DNA from: Planctomycetota bacterium
Lineage (GTDB): Bacteria; Planctomycetota; B15-G4; SIAN01
Length of the DNA: 64,000 nucleotides
Direction: 5' to 3'
Assembly: GCA_031409275.1 (NCBI GenBank)
Contig: JANNXA010000037.1
Span: 46,290-110,289 of the forward strand
Numbering within the stretch: position 1 is the stretch's first letter; each line of letters begins with the position of its first letter. Both the position numbers and the translations under genes were made by a program. The notes beneath the pieces were generated by a model. The model saw nothing but the letters and a program-made list of their open reading frames with translations, searched no databases and had not been told where the DNA came from. Below are positions 27,460-37,261 of this stretch, one piece after another.

Positions 27460-30254
27460 AGATCGTCGAGACCAGCGTCTACGTCGGCCCCAACCTCTAC
27501 GCGACCTTCCCGGTCATCCGCCTCACGCTCGACCTCGGCGAGCTCGAGCATTGGCCGACCGCGAAGCTCGGCCCCTCCTTCGTCGAGGCGCTGCTCGCCG
27601 CGCTGCCCGGCCTCGCCGACCACGGCTGCAGCTACGAGGAGAAGGGCGGCTTCCTGCGTCGAATGCGCGAGGGCGAGGGGACGTGGCTTGGCCACGTGCT
27701 CGAGCACGTCGCCATCGAGTTGCAGAACATCACGGGCGAACACGTCACCTTCGGCAAGACGCGCGGCGCCGGACCGGTCGGCCACTACCACGTCGTCTAC
27801 GAGTACGAGGCGGAGGAGGTCGGCCTCGAAGCCAGCCGCCTCGCGCTGACGCTGCTCCATTCGTTGCTGCCGGCGAATCTGCGCCCTGCCGGTGCGGTGG
27901 GCGGCGACTGGAAGTGGGAGGAGAAGCGCGACGAGTTCATCAAGGTCGCGCAGCGCCTGGCCCTCGGCCCCTCGACGAACTCGCTGGTGAAGGCGGCCGA
28001 ATCGCGCGACATCCCGTGGCTGCGGTTGAACCGCTACAGCCTGATCCAGTTCGGCCACGGCAAGTGGCAGAAGCGCATCCAGGCGACCATCACCAGCGAG
28101 ACGCGCCACATCGCCGTCGCCATCGCCTCCGACAAGGACGAGACCAACCGGATCTTCGCCGACCTCGGCCTGCCGGTGCCCAAACAGTCGCTGGTCTACA
28201 GCGATCGCGAGGCGATCCGCGCCGCCGAGAAGATCGGCTGGCCGGTGGTCGTGAAACCGCTCGATGCCAACCACGGTCGCGGCGTCGCGATCCGCCTCAT
28301 GACGCCGGAGCAGGTCTCGGCGGCGTTCGTGGCCGCGCGCGAGCACAGCCGCGGCGTCATCGTCGAGAGCTTCATCGAGGGCTTCGACCATCGTCTGCTG
28401 GTGGTGAATGGCGAGCTGGTCGCGGCGGCGTTGCGCAAGCCGGGCCACGTCGCGGGCGACGGCGTCCACACCATCGAGCAACTCGTCGAGATCGTGAACC
28501 AGGATCCGCGGCGCGGCGTCGGCCACGAGAAGGTGCTGACGAAGCTCGACTTCGACGCGCAGGCGCTACGGCTGCTGGAGAAGAAGGGCTACTCCAAGAC
28601 GACCGTGCCGGCCAAGGGCGAGGAGGTCTTCCTGCGCTCGACCGGCAACCTCTCGACCGGCGGCACCTCGGTCGACGTGACCGACACGATCCATCCCGAC
28701 AACCGCGAGATGGCGGTGCGGGCGGCGATGGCGATCGGGCTCGACATCGCGGGCGTCGATTTCCTCACCCCCGACATCACGCGCAGCTATCGCGAAGTGG
28801 GCGGCGGCATCTGCGAGATCAACGCGGCGCCAGGCTTCCGCATGCACGTCGCGCCGACCGAGGGCCATCCGCGCGACGTCGCCGCACCCGTGATGGAGAT
28901 GCTCTTCCCGGCCGGCTCGCCGGCCCGCATCCCGATCGCCGCGGTGACCGGCACCAACGGCAAGACGACGACCACGCGCATGATCGCGCACGTCTTCAAG
29001 ATGAACGGGTGGCACCCGGGGCTCGCGACGACCGACGGCGTCTACAGCAACGGCCACCTGACCATCGCCGGCGACATGACCGGCCCGACCGCCGCGCGCA
29101 TGGTGCTGCGCGATCCGATCGTCGATGTCGCGGTGCTGGAGACGGCGCGCGGCGGGCTGCTGCGGCGCGGCATGGGCTACCAGCGCTGCAACGTCGCCGC
29201 GGTGACCAACATCGCGGCGGATCATCTCGGATTGAAGGGCGTCAACACGCTCGAGGAGCTCGCGCGCGTCAAGCGGATCATCGTCGAGGTGGCCAGCGAC
29301 TACGCGGTGCTGAACGCGGATGACCCCTACTGCCTGCGCATGGCCGACCACACCAAGGCGAAGATCTGCTACGTCACGATGGATCCGGGCCATTCGCTGG
29401 TGAAGGAGCACATCCGCGCCGGCGGCCGCGCCGTCGTCCTCGAAGACGGCATCAACGGCCAGATGATCACCCTCTACGACAAGGGCGCCCACATGCCCTT
29501 GCTGTGGACCCACCTCATCCCGGCGACGCTCGACGGCCGCGCGCTGCACAACGTGCAGAACGCGATGTTCGCGGCGGCGGTCACCTTCTCCATGGGCATC
29601 AAGCTCGAAGGGATCCGCCACGCGCTGCAGACCTTCGACACGACGTTCTTCCAGGCTCCGGGCCGCATGAACGTCTGCAACGAGCACCCGTTCCGCGTCA
29701 TCCTCGACTACGGCCACAACCCGCACGCCATCAAGTCGATGGTCGACCTCGTCGAGCGCCTCGCCCCGAAGGGCAAGCGGATCCTCGTCGTGGCCGCGCC
29801 GGGCGATCGACGCGACGAAGATGTGCGCGAGATCGCCTCGCACTGCGCCGGCCACTTCGACACCTACATCTGCCGTCGCGACGACAATCCGCGCGGCCGC
29901 GGTCCCGACGAGATCCCGCAGATGCTGGCGGCGACGTTGCGCGCGAAGGGTGTGCGCGACGACCAGATCCATGTCATCGCCGACGAGCAGGAGGCGCTCC
30001 AGGCCGCGCTGCAGATGGCGCGCAAGGAAGATCTGGTGCTGGCCTTCGGCGACGCCATCACGCGTTGCTGGAACCAGATCACCCGCTTCCGGCCGGAGTT
30101 CGGAGATGCACGGCCGAAGTCGTTCGAGGCGACTCCCGCGCCGGTGAAGATGGAACTGCGCGACTCGCTGCGCGACGAGGTGCGGTCCGGCTACGAGCGC
30201 CTGATCCGCGACGAGCGCGGCGTGCGCCTCGCTCGCGAGGAGAGCGAGGACTGA
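27456..30254 (+). CDS. cphA: Cyanophycin synthetase (N, ATP-grasp and Mur-ligase domains)
   Basis: GPN, HGCS...GHVLEH (N-domain metal site), LGPST, KPLDANHGRGV, NLSTGG, EINAAPGFRMH, GTNGKTTT, ETARGG, DYGHNP and PGDRRD; ATGA overlap with cphB. Confidence 0.97.
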   Translation: MKIVETSVYVGPNLYATFPVIRLTLDLGELEHWPTAKLGPSFVEALLAALPGLADHGCSYEEKGGFLRRMREGEGTWLGHVLEHVAIELQNITGEHVTFGKTRGAGPVGHYHVVYEYEAEEVGLEASRLALTLLHSLLPANLRPAGAVGGDWKWEEKRDEFIKVAQRLALGPSTNSLVKAAESRDIPWLRLNRYSLIQFGHGKWQKRIQATITSETRHIAVAIASDKDETNRIFADLGLPVPKQSLVYSDREAIRAAEKIGWPVVVKPLDANHGRGVAIRLMTPEQVSAAFVAAREHSRGVIVESFIEGFDHRLLVVNGELVAAALRKPGHVAGDGVHTIEQLVEIVNQDPRRGVGHEKVLTKLDFDAQALRLLEKKGYSKTTVPAKGEEVFLRSTGNLSTGGTSVDVTDTIHPDNREMAVRAAMAIGLDIAGVDFLTPDITRSYREVGGGICEINAAPGFRMHVAPTEGHPRDVAAPVMEMLFPAGSPARIPIAAVTGTNGKTTTTRMIAHVFKMNGWHPGLATTDGVYSNGHLTIAGDMTGPTAARMVLRDPIVDVAVLETARGGLLRRGMGYQRCNVAAVTNIAADHLGLKGVNTLEELARVKRIIVEVASDYAVLNADDPYCLRMADHTKAKICYVTMDPGHSLVKEHIRAGGRAVVLEDGINGQMITLYDKGAHMPLLWTHLIPATLDGRALHNVQNAMFAAAVTFSMGIKLEGIRHALQTFDTTFFQAPGRMNVCNEHPFRVILDYGHNPHAIKSMVDLVERLAPKGKRILVVAAPGDRRDEDVREIASHCAGHFDTYICRRDDNPRGRGPDEIPQMLAATLRAKGVRDDQIHVIADEQEALQAALQMARKEDLVLAFGDAITRCWNQITRFRPEFGDARPKSFEATPAPVKMELRDSLRDEVRSGYERLIRDERGVRLAREESED

Positions 30255-30258
30255 ACGG

Positions 30259-32031
30259 GTGACCACGCCGACCTACCGCGCCGCGAAGCTGACCCAAGTT
30301 GATTCGCGGCGACTCCCAGGCAAGAACCGCTTCTTCGATGGGCCGGCCGCGATCCTCGACGTCGCCGGTCCGGCGGAGCAGGTGGCGCGCCTCGTCGCCC
30401 GATGGCAGCACCACGTGCGCGTCTTGCTGACCGCGGTCGGCTGGGGCGACGCGCCGATCGCCACGCGCCTCTTCGGCGGCGGCGACGGCTCGAGCAGCGG
30501 CGCCAACCTCGCCTTCGCGGCGCCGCTCGACGCGCTCTACGCAGCCACGGAAGTGAACGAAGCGGCCTTCGAGTCCGCGAAGAGCGAGGTCGAAGGTGGA
30601 ACTCCGTTGCAGCCGGGCGAGGCGCGCTTCGACGAGGCGGTCGCGACGCTGCGCTCGAAGATCGCTGCCGAGCGCCATCCGGCGCTGCTCGCTCTGCGCG
30701 ATGCGTGCGCGGCGCGGCGAGTGAGCTGCGTGGTCGACGACGAGGTCGTCTCGATCGGGATCGGCCGCGGCTCGCAGAGCTTCGAGCGCAAGGCGCTGCC
30801 GGCTCCCGACGCGGTCGACTGGAGCGCGGTGCACGACGTGCCGGTGGCGTTGGTGACCGGCACGAATGGCAAGTCGACCACGGTCCGAGTGCTTGCGGCC
30901 ATCGCCACCGCGGCCGGCTGCGTGCCCGGCTTCTCGACCTCCGATTGGGTGAAGGTCGGGGACGAGGTGCTCGATCGCGGCGACTACTCGGGACCGTCGG
31001 GCGCGCGCATGGTGCTGCGCGATCGACGGGTTGGCGCGGCGATCCTCGAGACAGCGCGCGGCGGGATGTTGCGCCGTGGGCTGGCGCTAGGGCGCGTCGA
31101 CGCGGCCGCCATCACCAACGTGACGACCGACCACTTAGGCGAGTTCGGCGTCGCCAGCATGGACGACCTCGTCGAGGCCAAGGTGATCGTGCGACGGGCG
31201 GTTTCTGCCGACGGGCTCCTGGTGCTCAACGCCGAGGATCCGCTGCTGGTCGAGCGCGCGACGCGCATGAGCGAACCGATCGGCTGGTTCAGTCGCGAGC
31301 CGACGCTGCCGCACGTCATCGAGCACCTCGCGCGGGGTGGCGAGGCGGCGTTGGTCGAGGAGGGTTGGCTGGTGCTGGCGCGTGGAGCGCGGCGCGAGCG
31401 GCTGCTGCCGATCGTCGACGCGCCGAACACGCTGCGCGGCGCCGCGCGCCACAACGTGGCCAACCTGCTTTGCGCGGCGCTGATCGCGCGACGCATGGGG
31501 TTCGATGCCCACGCGATCGCGGCGGGCATGCGCGCGTTCCATGGCACGCCGGAAGAGAATCCCGGTCGCGGCAACGTGGTCCATTTCGGCGGCGTCACGG
31601 CGATCGTCGACTTCGCTCACAACCCCGACGGCATCCGCGTGGTCATGGAGATGGCCGCGGCGCTGCCGGTGAAACGGCGCCTGCTGGTGATCGGGCAGGC
31701 GGGCGATCGCGATGACGCCTCGATCCGCGAGTTCGCCGCCGCGGCGGCCGCGTTCCATCCCGATCGCGTGGTGATCAAGGAGATGGAGAAGTACCTGCGA
31801 GGCCGCGAGCCGGGGGTGATCCCGACGTTGCTGGCCGACGAGTTCGTCCGTTGCGGCGTCGGGCGTGAGCAGCTCGACCATGCGCCTTCGGAGCTCGCCG
31901 CCGTGGAGCAGGCGCTGGCCTGGGCGAAACCGGGCGACCTGCTGATCTTGCTGGCCCATACCGACCGCGCGAAGGTGCTCGCGCGCGTGCAGGAACTCGT
32001 GGTCGCCGACGGTGCGCCCCGCGCCGACTGA
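30259..32031 (+). CDS. CphA-related Mur-ligase protein lacking the ATP-grasp domain
   Basis: Short N-terminal region (DSRRLPGKN), then GTNGKSTT, ETARGG, TNVTTDH, NAED, HNVAN, DFAHNP and GDRDD; no ATP-grasp motifs; 590 aa. Confidence 0.85.
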   Translation: MTTPTYRAAKLTQVDSRRLPGKNRFFDGPAAILDVAGPAEQVARLVARWQHHVRVLLTAVGWGDAPIATRLFGGGDGSSSGANLAFAAPLDALYAATEVNEAAFESAKSEVEGGTPLQPGEARFDEAVATLRSKIAAERHPALLALRDACAARRVSCVVDDEVVSIGIGRGSQSFERKALPAPDAVDWSAVHDVPVALVTGTNGKSTTVRVLAAIATAAGCVPGFSTSDWVKVGDEVLDRGDYSGPSGARMVLRDRRVGAAILETARGGMLRRGLALGRVDAAAITNVTTDHLGEFGVASMDDLVEAKVIVRRAVSADGLLVLNAEDPLLVERATRMSEPIGWFSREPTLPHVIEHLARGGEAALVEEGWLVLARGARRERLLPIVDAPNTLRGAARHNVANLLCAALIARRMGFDAHAIAAGMRAFHGTPEENPGRGNVVHFGGVTAIVDFAHNPDGIRVVMEMAAALPVKRRLLVIGQAGDRDDASIREFAAAAAAFHPDRVVIKEMEKYLRGREPGVIPTLLADEFVRCGVGREQLDHAPSELAAVEQALAWAKPGDLLILLAHTDRAKVLARVQELVVADGAPRAD

Positions 32032-32098
32032 TCGGCGGCGACTGATCCGCGGCGGTCGCAGCGCGGTAGCTTGCGCCTCGTTCCTTTCGGAGTTGCTC

Positions 32099-34045
32099 AT
32101 GCCAGCCATCGCATTGCGCGCCGCACTGCTGTTCCCCTTGGTCTCACTCGCGGCGGCATTGCCGGGCCGTCCATCGACGCCGCAGGAGCGTGCCACCGAC
32201 GCGAAGGTGACGCGCGTGATCCGCGGCGGGCGCCTCTTCGATCCCGAGCTCGCGGCGACGCGGCCGCTGGGTCAGCTCTGGATCGCGGGCGATCGCGTGG
32301 TCGGCGAGCGGTCGCTCGACACGCCGCTGCCGGCCGGTGCGGCGCTCTTCGAGGCGGACGGACTCACGCTGCTGCCAGGGCTCATCGACCTGCACTGCCA
32401 CTCAATGGTGGCGGGCGGGAGCCTGACGGGCGGACTCACGTTGGCGGCGGAGGAGAATCTGGCAACGCACGCGGCGTTCGGCGTGCTGACCGCCGTCGAC
32501 CTGCACAACGAGCCGGACTACGTCTTCGGGTTGCGCGAGCAGGTCGCGGAGGCGCCGAGCATGGCGCGCCTGCTGGCCGCGGGTGGCGCCTTCACCGTGC
32601 CGGGTGGCCATTGCACCCAGTTCGGTTTCGAGCCCAATGTCGTGCGATCCAGCGCGGACGTTGGCACGCGCATGGACGCGTTGCTGGCGCGCAAGCCCGA
32701 TGTCGTGAAGGCCGTCGTGGAACACGGCGGTTGGGGGACGCTTGGCAAGTTGCCGACGCTCGACCTGCCGACGCTGACGGCCATCGCAGAGCGCACGCGC
32801 GCCGCAAACGTGCCGCTCTTCTGCCACATCTGGACGCTGGACGAGGCGAAGACCGCGGCGCGCGCTGGCGTGAATGCGCTGGTCCACGGCGTCTTCGTCG
32901 GCGCCGTCGATGACGAGTTGATCGCGCTGATGAAGGAGAAGGACGTCGGCTACGTGCCGACGCTGGCGGTGGTGGTGGGGGCGAAGCGCGTCACCACCGG
33001 CCGCTCGCCCTATCTGCGCGAACGCATCGCCGGCCTGCTCCATCCGGAACTCACCGACGTGCTCACCACCGCGGGCGCTTCGAGCTGGATCGACGGCTGG
33101 GCGGGATACGACGAGGCGCTCTTCTTCGCGAACCTGCGCCGGCTCCACGCGGCGGGGATCCGCTGCGGCACTGGCACCGACGCCGGCAATCCGCTGACGC
33201 CGCACGGTCCGTCGTTGCTGGTCGAGATCGCGTTCTACGTCGAGGCGGGACTGACTCCCGGCCAGGCGCTGCGCTGCGCGACGCTCGAATCGGCGCGACT
33301 GCTGCGCCGCGATGACCTCGGCTCGCTCGCGGCGGGCAAGCGAGCCGACTTCGTTTGCGTGCGCGGCGATCCGACGCAAGACGTGGCGGCGCTGTGGCAG
33401 ATCGAGGGGGTGGTGAAGGGCGGACAGGACGTGGGGCGCGACCAGTTGCGCGAACGCAACGCGACCCGCGCGCGCGGACCGCAGACGGTGATCCTGCACA
33501 CCGACGTTGCGCCGCAGGTCGACGACTTCGACGACGGCGACCTCGCCTGCAGCTGGGGCGGCGAGTGGAGCGCAGTGGCGGACGGCCTGGCGCCAGGAGG
33601 TCGATCGACGGCGACGCTCGAGAACGCGGAGAGCGGCGGGAGCGGCGTGCTGCTGATGCACGGGACGCTTGCCGAGGGCTCGCCCTATGGTGCGTTCGCC
33701 AGCGCGATGGTGCAGTGGGATCCACAGGCCGCACGAGTCGTCGACGTCAGTGCCGCCAAGGAGTTGGTGGTGCGCGTGCGCGGCCACGGCGGTCCCTTCG
33801 AAGTGGTGCTCGATCGCGTGGCCGTGCGCGACTACGACGTCTTCACCGCGAGCCTCGCGGTCAGCGACGAGTGGAGCGAGCGACGTCTTCCGCTGACGGC
33901 GTTCCGTCAGAAGGGCTTTGGCGCGCGCGTCGCTGCCGGTACCAAGGACGTGAGGGGGCTCACGATCAGCGCCCGCATGCCGCCCGGAGCACAGAGCGGC
34001 TTCGGCGAGTTCGAACTCGAGATCGACTCGATCCGCTTCGAGTAG
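32099..34045 (+). CDS. Exported amidohydrolase fused to a CIA30/CBM11-like beta-sandwich
   Basis: PGLIDLHCH, VVK, CH, LVHG, GTDAGN and GSLAAGKRAD; C-terminal VDDFDDG...W...VRVRG.G...F.Q...LEIDSIRF. Confidence 0.8.
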   Translation: MPAIALRAALLFPLVSLAAALPGRPSTPQERATDAKVTRVIRGGRLFDPELAATRPLGQLWIAGDRVVGERSLDTPLPAGAALFEADGLTLLPGLIDLHCHSMVAGGSLTGGLTLAAEENLATHAAFGVLTAVDLHNEPDYVFGLREQVAEAPSMARLLAAGGAFTVPGGHCTQFGFEPNVVRSSADVGTRMDALLARKPDVVKAVVEHGGWGTLGKLPTLDLPTLTAIAERTRAANVPLFCHIWTLDEAKTAARAGVNALVHGVFVGAVDDELIALMKEKDVGYVPTLAVVVGAKRVTTGRSPYLRERIAGLLHPELTDVLTTAGASSWIDGWAGYDEALFFANLRRLHAAGIRCGTGTDAGNPLTPHGPSLLVEIAFYVEAGLTPGQALRCATLESARLLRRDDLGSLAAGKRADFVCVRGDPTQDVAALWQIEGVVKGGQDVGRDQLRERNATRARGPQTVILHTDVAPQVDDFDDGDLACSWGGEWSAVADGLAPGGRSTATLENAESGGSGVLLMHGTLAEGSPYGAFASAMVQWDPQAARVVDVSAAKELVVRVRGHGGPFEVVLDRVAVRDYDVFTASLAVSDEWSERRLPLTAFRQKGFGARVAAGTKDVRGLTISARMPPGAQSGFGEFELEIDSIRFE

Positions 34046-34205
34046 GCGCGCGCGGCGTGCTCCGCAGCTTCTTCTTCATCTTCGCTGCGCACGTTCGCCG
34101 AGCGTTCACCAACGCTTGACGCAGCCGCGCGAATCTCGTGGACCTCTCGAGCACACTTCCGTGCACGAGCGGATCCAGCCACCCAAGATCCACGAGGAGA
34201 TCGAG

Positions 34206-35738
34206 ATGCAGTTCACCCGGGCCCATGGAATCGCCTTGGCGGCCGCTGCCGCTGCTGTCGCCGGTCTGGCGACGACCAGCGTCGGCGCCGCGCGCCTGCT
34301 CCCCTCCGTTCCGCCAGCCGCGGTGTCGTTGACCGCCGACTACAGCCTGCTGCCGATCTTGAGCGTCGGCGATCGCGTTCCGGTGACGGGGGACGCGGCC
34401 CGCACGTACCAGCTCGTCGGAATTCCCGACGGCCTCGGCGCGCGCTCGAACCGCAAGGGCGACGTGATCGTCTACCTGAGCCACGAGAACACGCAGGGCA
34501 CGCTCTCCGAGCCTTACGTCGGCGAGACCTTGAACCGCGGCGCGTTCGTGTCGCGCTTCGTGATCGACAAGAACGGCGTGGTCCTCTCCGGCAAGCGCGC
34601 CTACGACAAGGTCTACCTCGACGACGCGTTCGTCGGCCCCGCTGCCGACGTCGGCAACGCGACGCCCGCCTTCACGCGCTTCTGCTCCGGCTCGATGGCC
34701 GGTTCCGCCGAGGGACTCTCCACCTCGATCTACTTCGCCAACGAGGAGAGCGCCGGCGCCGGGACGTTCGAAGGCAAGGGCGGCCTCACGGTCGCCATCT
34801 TCGAGGATGAGGCGCACGGCCTCACCTGGCTCGGCCGCTTCGCGTGGGAGAACGCGCTGGTGCAGCCGGGCACCGGCGACCTCACCGTGGTGATGTCGAT
34901 GGAAGACGGGCCGGCGGAACTCGACCCGACCAAGGACAACAGCCAGCTCTACATGTACGTCGGCACCAAGGACAAGTCGCCTGGCGCGACCGTCCTCCAG
35001 AAGAACGGCCTTGTGGGTGGCAAGCTCTACGTGCTGCGCGCGAAGGACTCGACGAAGAACAGCGAGGCGACCTTCACCTCCGGTTCCGTCGAGTGCAAGT
35101 GGATCGAGATCCCGAACGCGAACACGCTGAGCGACGTGCAGCTCGAGGCGGCGGCCGATGCGGCGAACGCCATGGTCTTCGCGCGTCCGGAAGACGGCTG
35201 CTTCAACAAGCGCAACTCGAAGAACTTCTTCTTCAACACGACGGGTGGCGCGAAGGGCGCGAACGAACTCGGCCGCGTCTACTCGATGCGGATGAACAAG
35301 AAGTCGCCGACTGGCGACGCGGTGCTGACCCTGGTCGTCAACGCGGACGCGACCGTCGCGGCGGGTGGCGACACTGCGGTTAGCCCCGACAACATCGACT
35401 GCAACGGCGACTACCTGATGGTGCAGGAAGATGGCACGACCGAGTCGCGCGTCGTCATGAGCAGCAAGGGGCGCGATGGCTCGATCTGGCGCTTTGACCT
35501 GACCGGCACCCTCGGCTTCAACGCGCTCTCTGCCCTCCGCGTGGTCGAGCTCGATCCGCCGGGTCGCGACGGCGTCGCGGTGGGTTCGGGCGTCTGGGAG
35601 AGCAGCGGAATCATCGCGACCGACGGTCTGTTCGGAGCCGGCTCCTTCCTCTTCGACGTGCAGGCTCACCGCCCGACGGCGGCGCCCTTCGCCAACACGG
35701 TCGAGGATGGCCAGCTCCTGATCATGCTGAAGAACTGA
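34206..35738 (+). CDS. phoX: PhoX/DUF839-like alkaline phosphatase
   Basis: PDGLG, SHE, RFCSG, ANEE, GRFAWEN, RPEDG, SPDNI, VQED, WESSG and DVQAH; GAGGAG RBS; Sec-type signal peptide. Confidence 0.78.
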   Translation: MQFTRAHGIALAAAAAAVAGLATTSVGAARLLPSVPPAAVSLTADYSLLPILSVGDRVPVTGDAARTYQLVGIPDGLGARSNRKGDVIVYLSHENTQGTLSEPYVGETLNRGAFVSRFVIDKNGVVLSGKRAYDKVYLDDAFVGPAADVGNATPAFTRFCSGSMAGSAEGLSTSIYFANEESAGAGTFEGKGGLTVAIFEDEAHGLTWLGRFAWENALVQPGTGDLTVVMSMEDGPAELDPTKDNSQLYMYVGTKDKSPGATVLQKNGLVGGKLYVLRAKDSTKNSEATFTSGSVECKWIEIPNANTLSDVQLEAAADAANAMVFARPEDGCFNKRNSKNFFFNTTGGAKGANELGRVYSMRMNKKSPTGDAVLTLVVNADATVAAGGDTAVSPDNIDCNGDYLMVQEDGTTESRVVMSSKGRDGSIWRFDLTGTLGFNALSALRVVELDPPGRDGVAVGSGVWESSGIIATDGLFGAGSFLFDVQAHRPTAAPFANTVEDGQLLIMLKN

Positions 35739-35785
35739 AGTCCTGAAGAACTGAAGTCCACGATCGGCACCTTGGATCGGCACCT
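35727..35785. repeat. Short direct duplications at the phoX stop
   Basis: CTGAAGAACTGAAGTC twice in tandem (35727-35758); GATCGGCACCT twice (35762, 35775). Confidence 0.85.
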
Positions 35786-35808
35786 CCTGACGCCGGTCTG
35801 TTTTCACC

Positions 35809-35850
35809 GCACCCCTCTCGTCGCGGCCCACACCGCGGCGGGAGGGGTGT
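35809..35850 (+). terminator. 18-bp stem-loop between convergent genes (terminator or stabiliser; no U tract)
   Basis: GCACCCCTCTCGTCGCGG / CCGCGGCGGGAGGGGTGT, fully paired on the + strand using three G-U pairs. Confidence 0.55.
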
Positions 35851-35884
35851 GTCGTTCCGGCGTGCCGATCTTCCGAGCCCTCAC

Positions 35885-37094
35885 TCAGTGGCCGAGCTTC
35901 TCCTCCCAGCCCGGGAAGTACTCGCCGAGGTCGCGGCGCGTCTCGTCGCGCGGCTTTCCAAAGGTGTCGATGAAGTTCGGCAAGCTGCCGACGAACTCGA
36001 TGCCCGGCGGCAGCAGATCGCCGCGGCGCGAGGACGCGTCGATCTGGTCGAACGTCCATGAATCGAAGATGACCCGCCATTCGTCGCGGGGCGAGTGCCA
36101 CAGCGTGAGTCGCTCGAAACGGCAGCGCTCGAATCGCGTGGCAAGAGCAGGGACGCGGACGTCGAAGAGGTAGCAATACGAGTCAGGGGAGCTGCCGTAC
36201 CCGCCCGCGAAAACGCAGTCGATGGCGCGCAGCGCCGTCGACGTGAGGCCGAGTGCTTCACATCCGCCCGCCCCGCAATCGAAGCCGACGATTCGCACCC
36301 GCTCGAGCGTGATCGTCGCCCGCGTTCTGCCGCGTAAGTCGCAGAGCGGCCCGTCGTTCCAGAAGGTGAAGTCGCGCAGGGTCAGGTTGCGGACGTCGCC
36401 GCTCGCCGTCAGGTCTTCAAACTGCAGCAGCGTCTGGTCCATGCCGGCGCCGCTGATCACGAGGTCGCGCGGAAACAAGTCCGTCTCTTCAAGGCTCCGA
36501 TCGAGCAACGTCGGGAAGCAGCCGGCGGGGAAACCGAGGGTCGCCCCCTCCTCGATCGGAGGCGTCGGCGTCATGGAGCAGCGCCGCATCGGGCGCTTCG
36601 CCCTGCTCCATTCGCGCCATCAGCTCGAACGCGGCGCCGACCTTGCGCGCCGCTTCGCGCTCGTTCGCCTGATTCGCGAGCCGTACGCCGAGCGCCTCGG
36701 GATGCGTCGCAACGAGAGCTTCGAATGCTGCGAGGCCGCGGACGAGCTCGTCGGCGGGCAGTGAGTCGCGGCGCACGCTCGACCAGCCGGTCGCGAGCCC
36801 GGCGCTGCCGCGGCGGCGCAGCTCGGCATCGAATCGGGCCGCGCGGTCGTCGTCGACACGCTCTGCGTCGGGCTCGACGTTCACTCCATCGACCGACGAC
36901 CGCCCCGTTTCCGACGTCGATCGATCGGCGTCGATGGACGCGAGTTTGTTGGCGAGCGCTGCGACGGCTGAGTCGCGCGATCCGACCGGCCCGGCTCGCG
37001 ACGTGAGCGGAGTGAAAACGCGATCGAGCAGCACGCCGGCGGCGAGGCTGCCCGCCACGACCGCGACCCATGGAACCACCCGAGGAGTCGCCAT
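35885..37094 (-). pseudogene. Membrane-anchored hypothetical protein with a pectin-lyase-like C-terminal part, apparently frameshifted near 36560
   Basis: ORF 36489-37094 (N-terminal TM) and ORF 35885-36589 (GATL.FPAG.F, LVISGAGMDQTLL, NLTLRDFT) overlap by 100 nt in different frames. Confidence 0.55.
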
Positions 37095-37261
37095 CGAAAG
37101 AGCTCCGTCTCGCTCGTGCGCCGCACCGCCCCGCCGCCATCCAAGCGGTCGCGCCCGGCGGGAACTCGAAGGCGCACGCAGCGTACCGCCCTCCTCGTCA
37201 GCGCAGCGTGGCCCCGGTAGCGTGCGCCACGACTCATGCCACCTCGAGGGATGAAGAAGCC

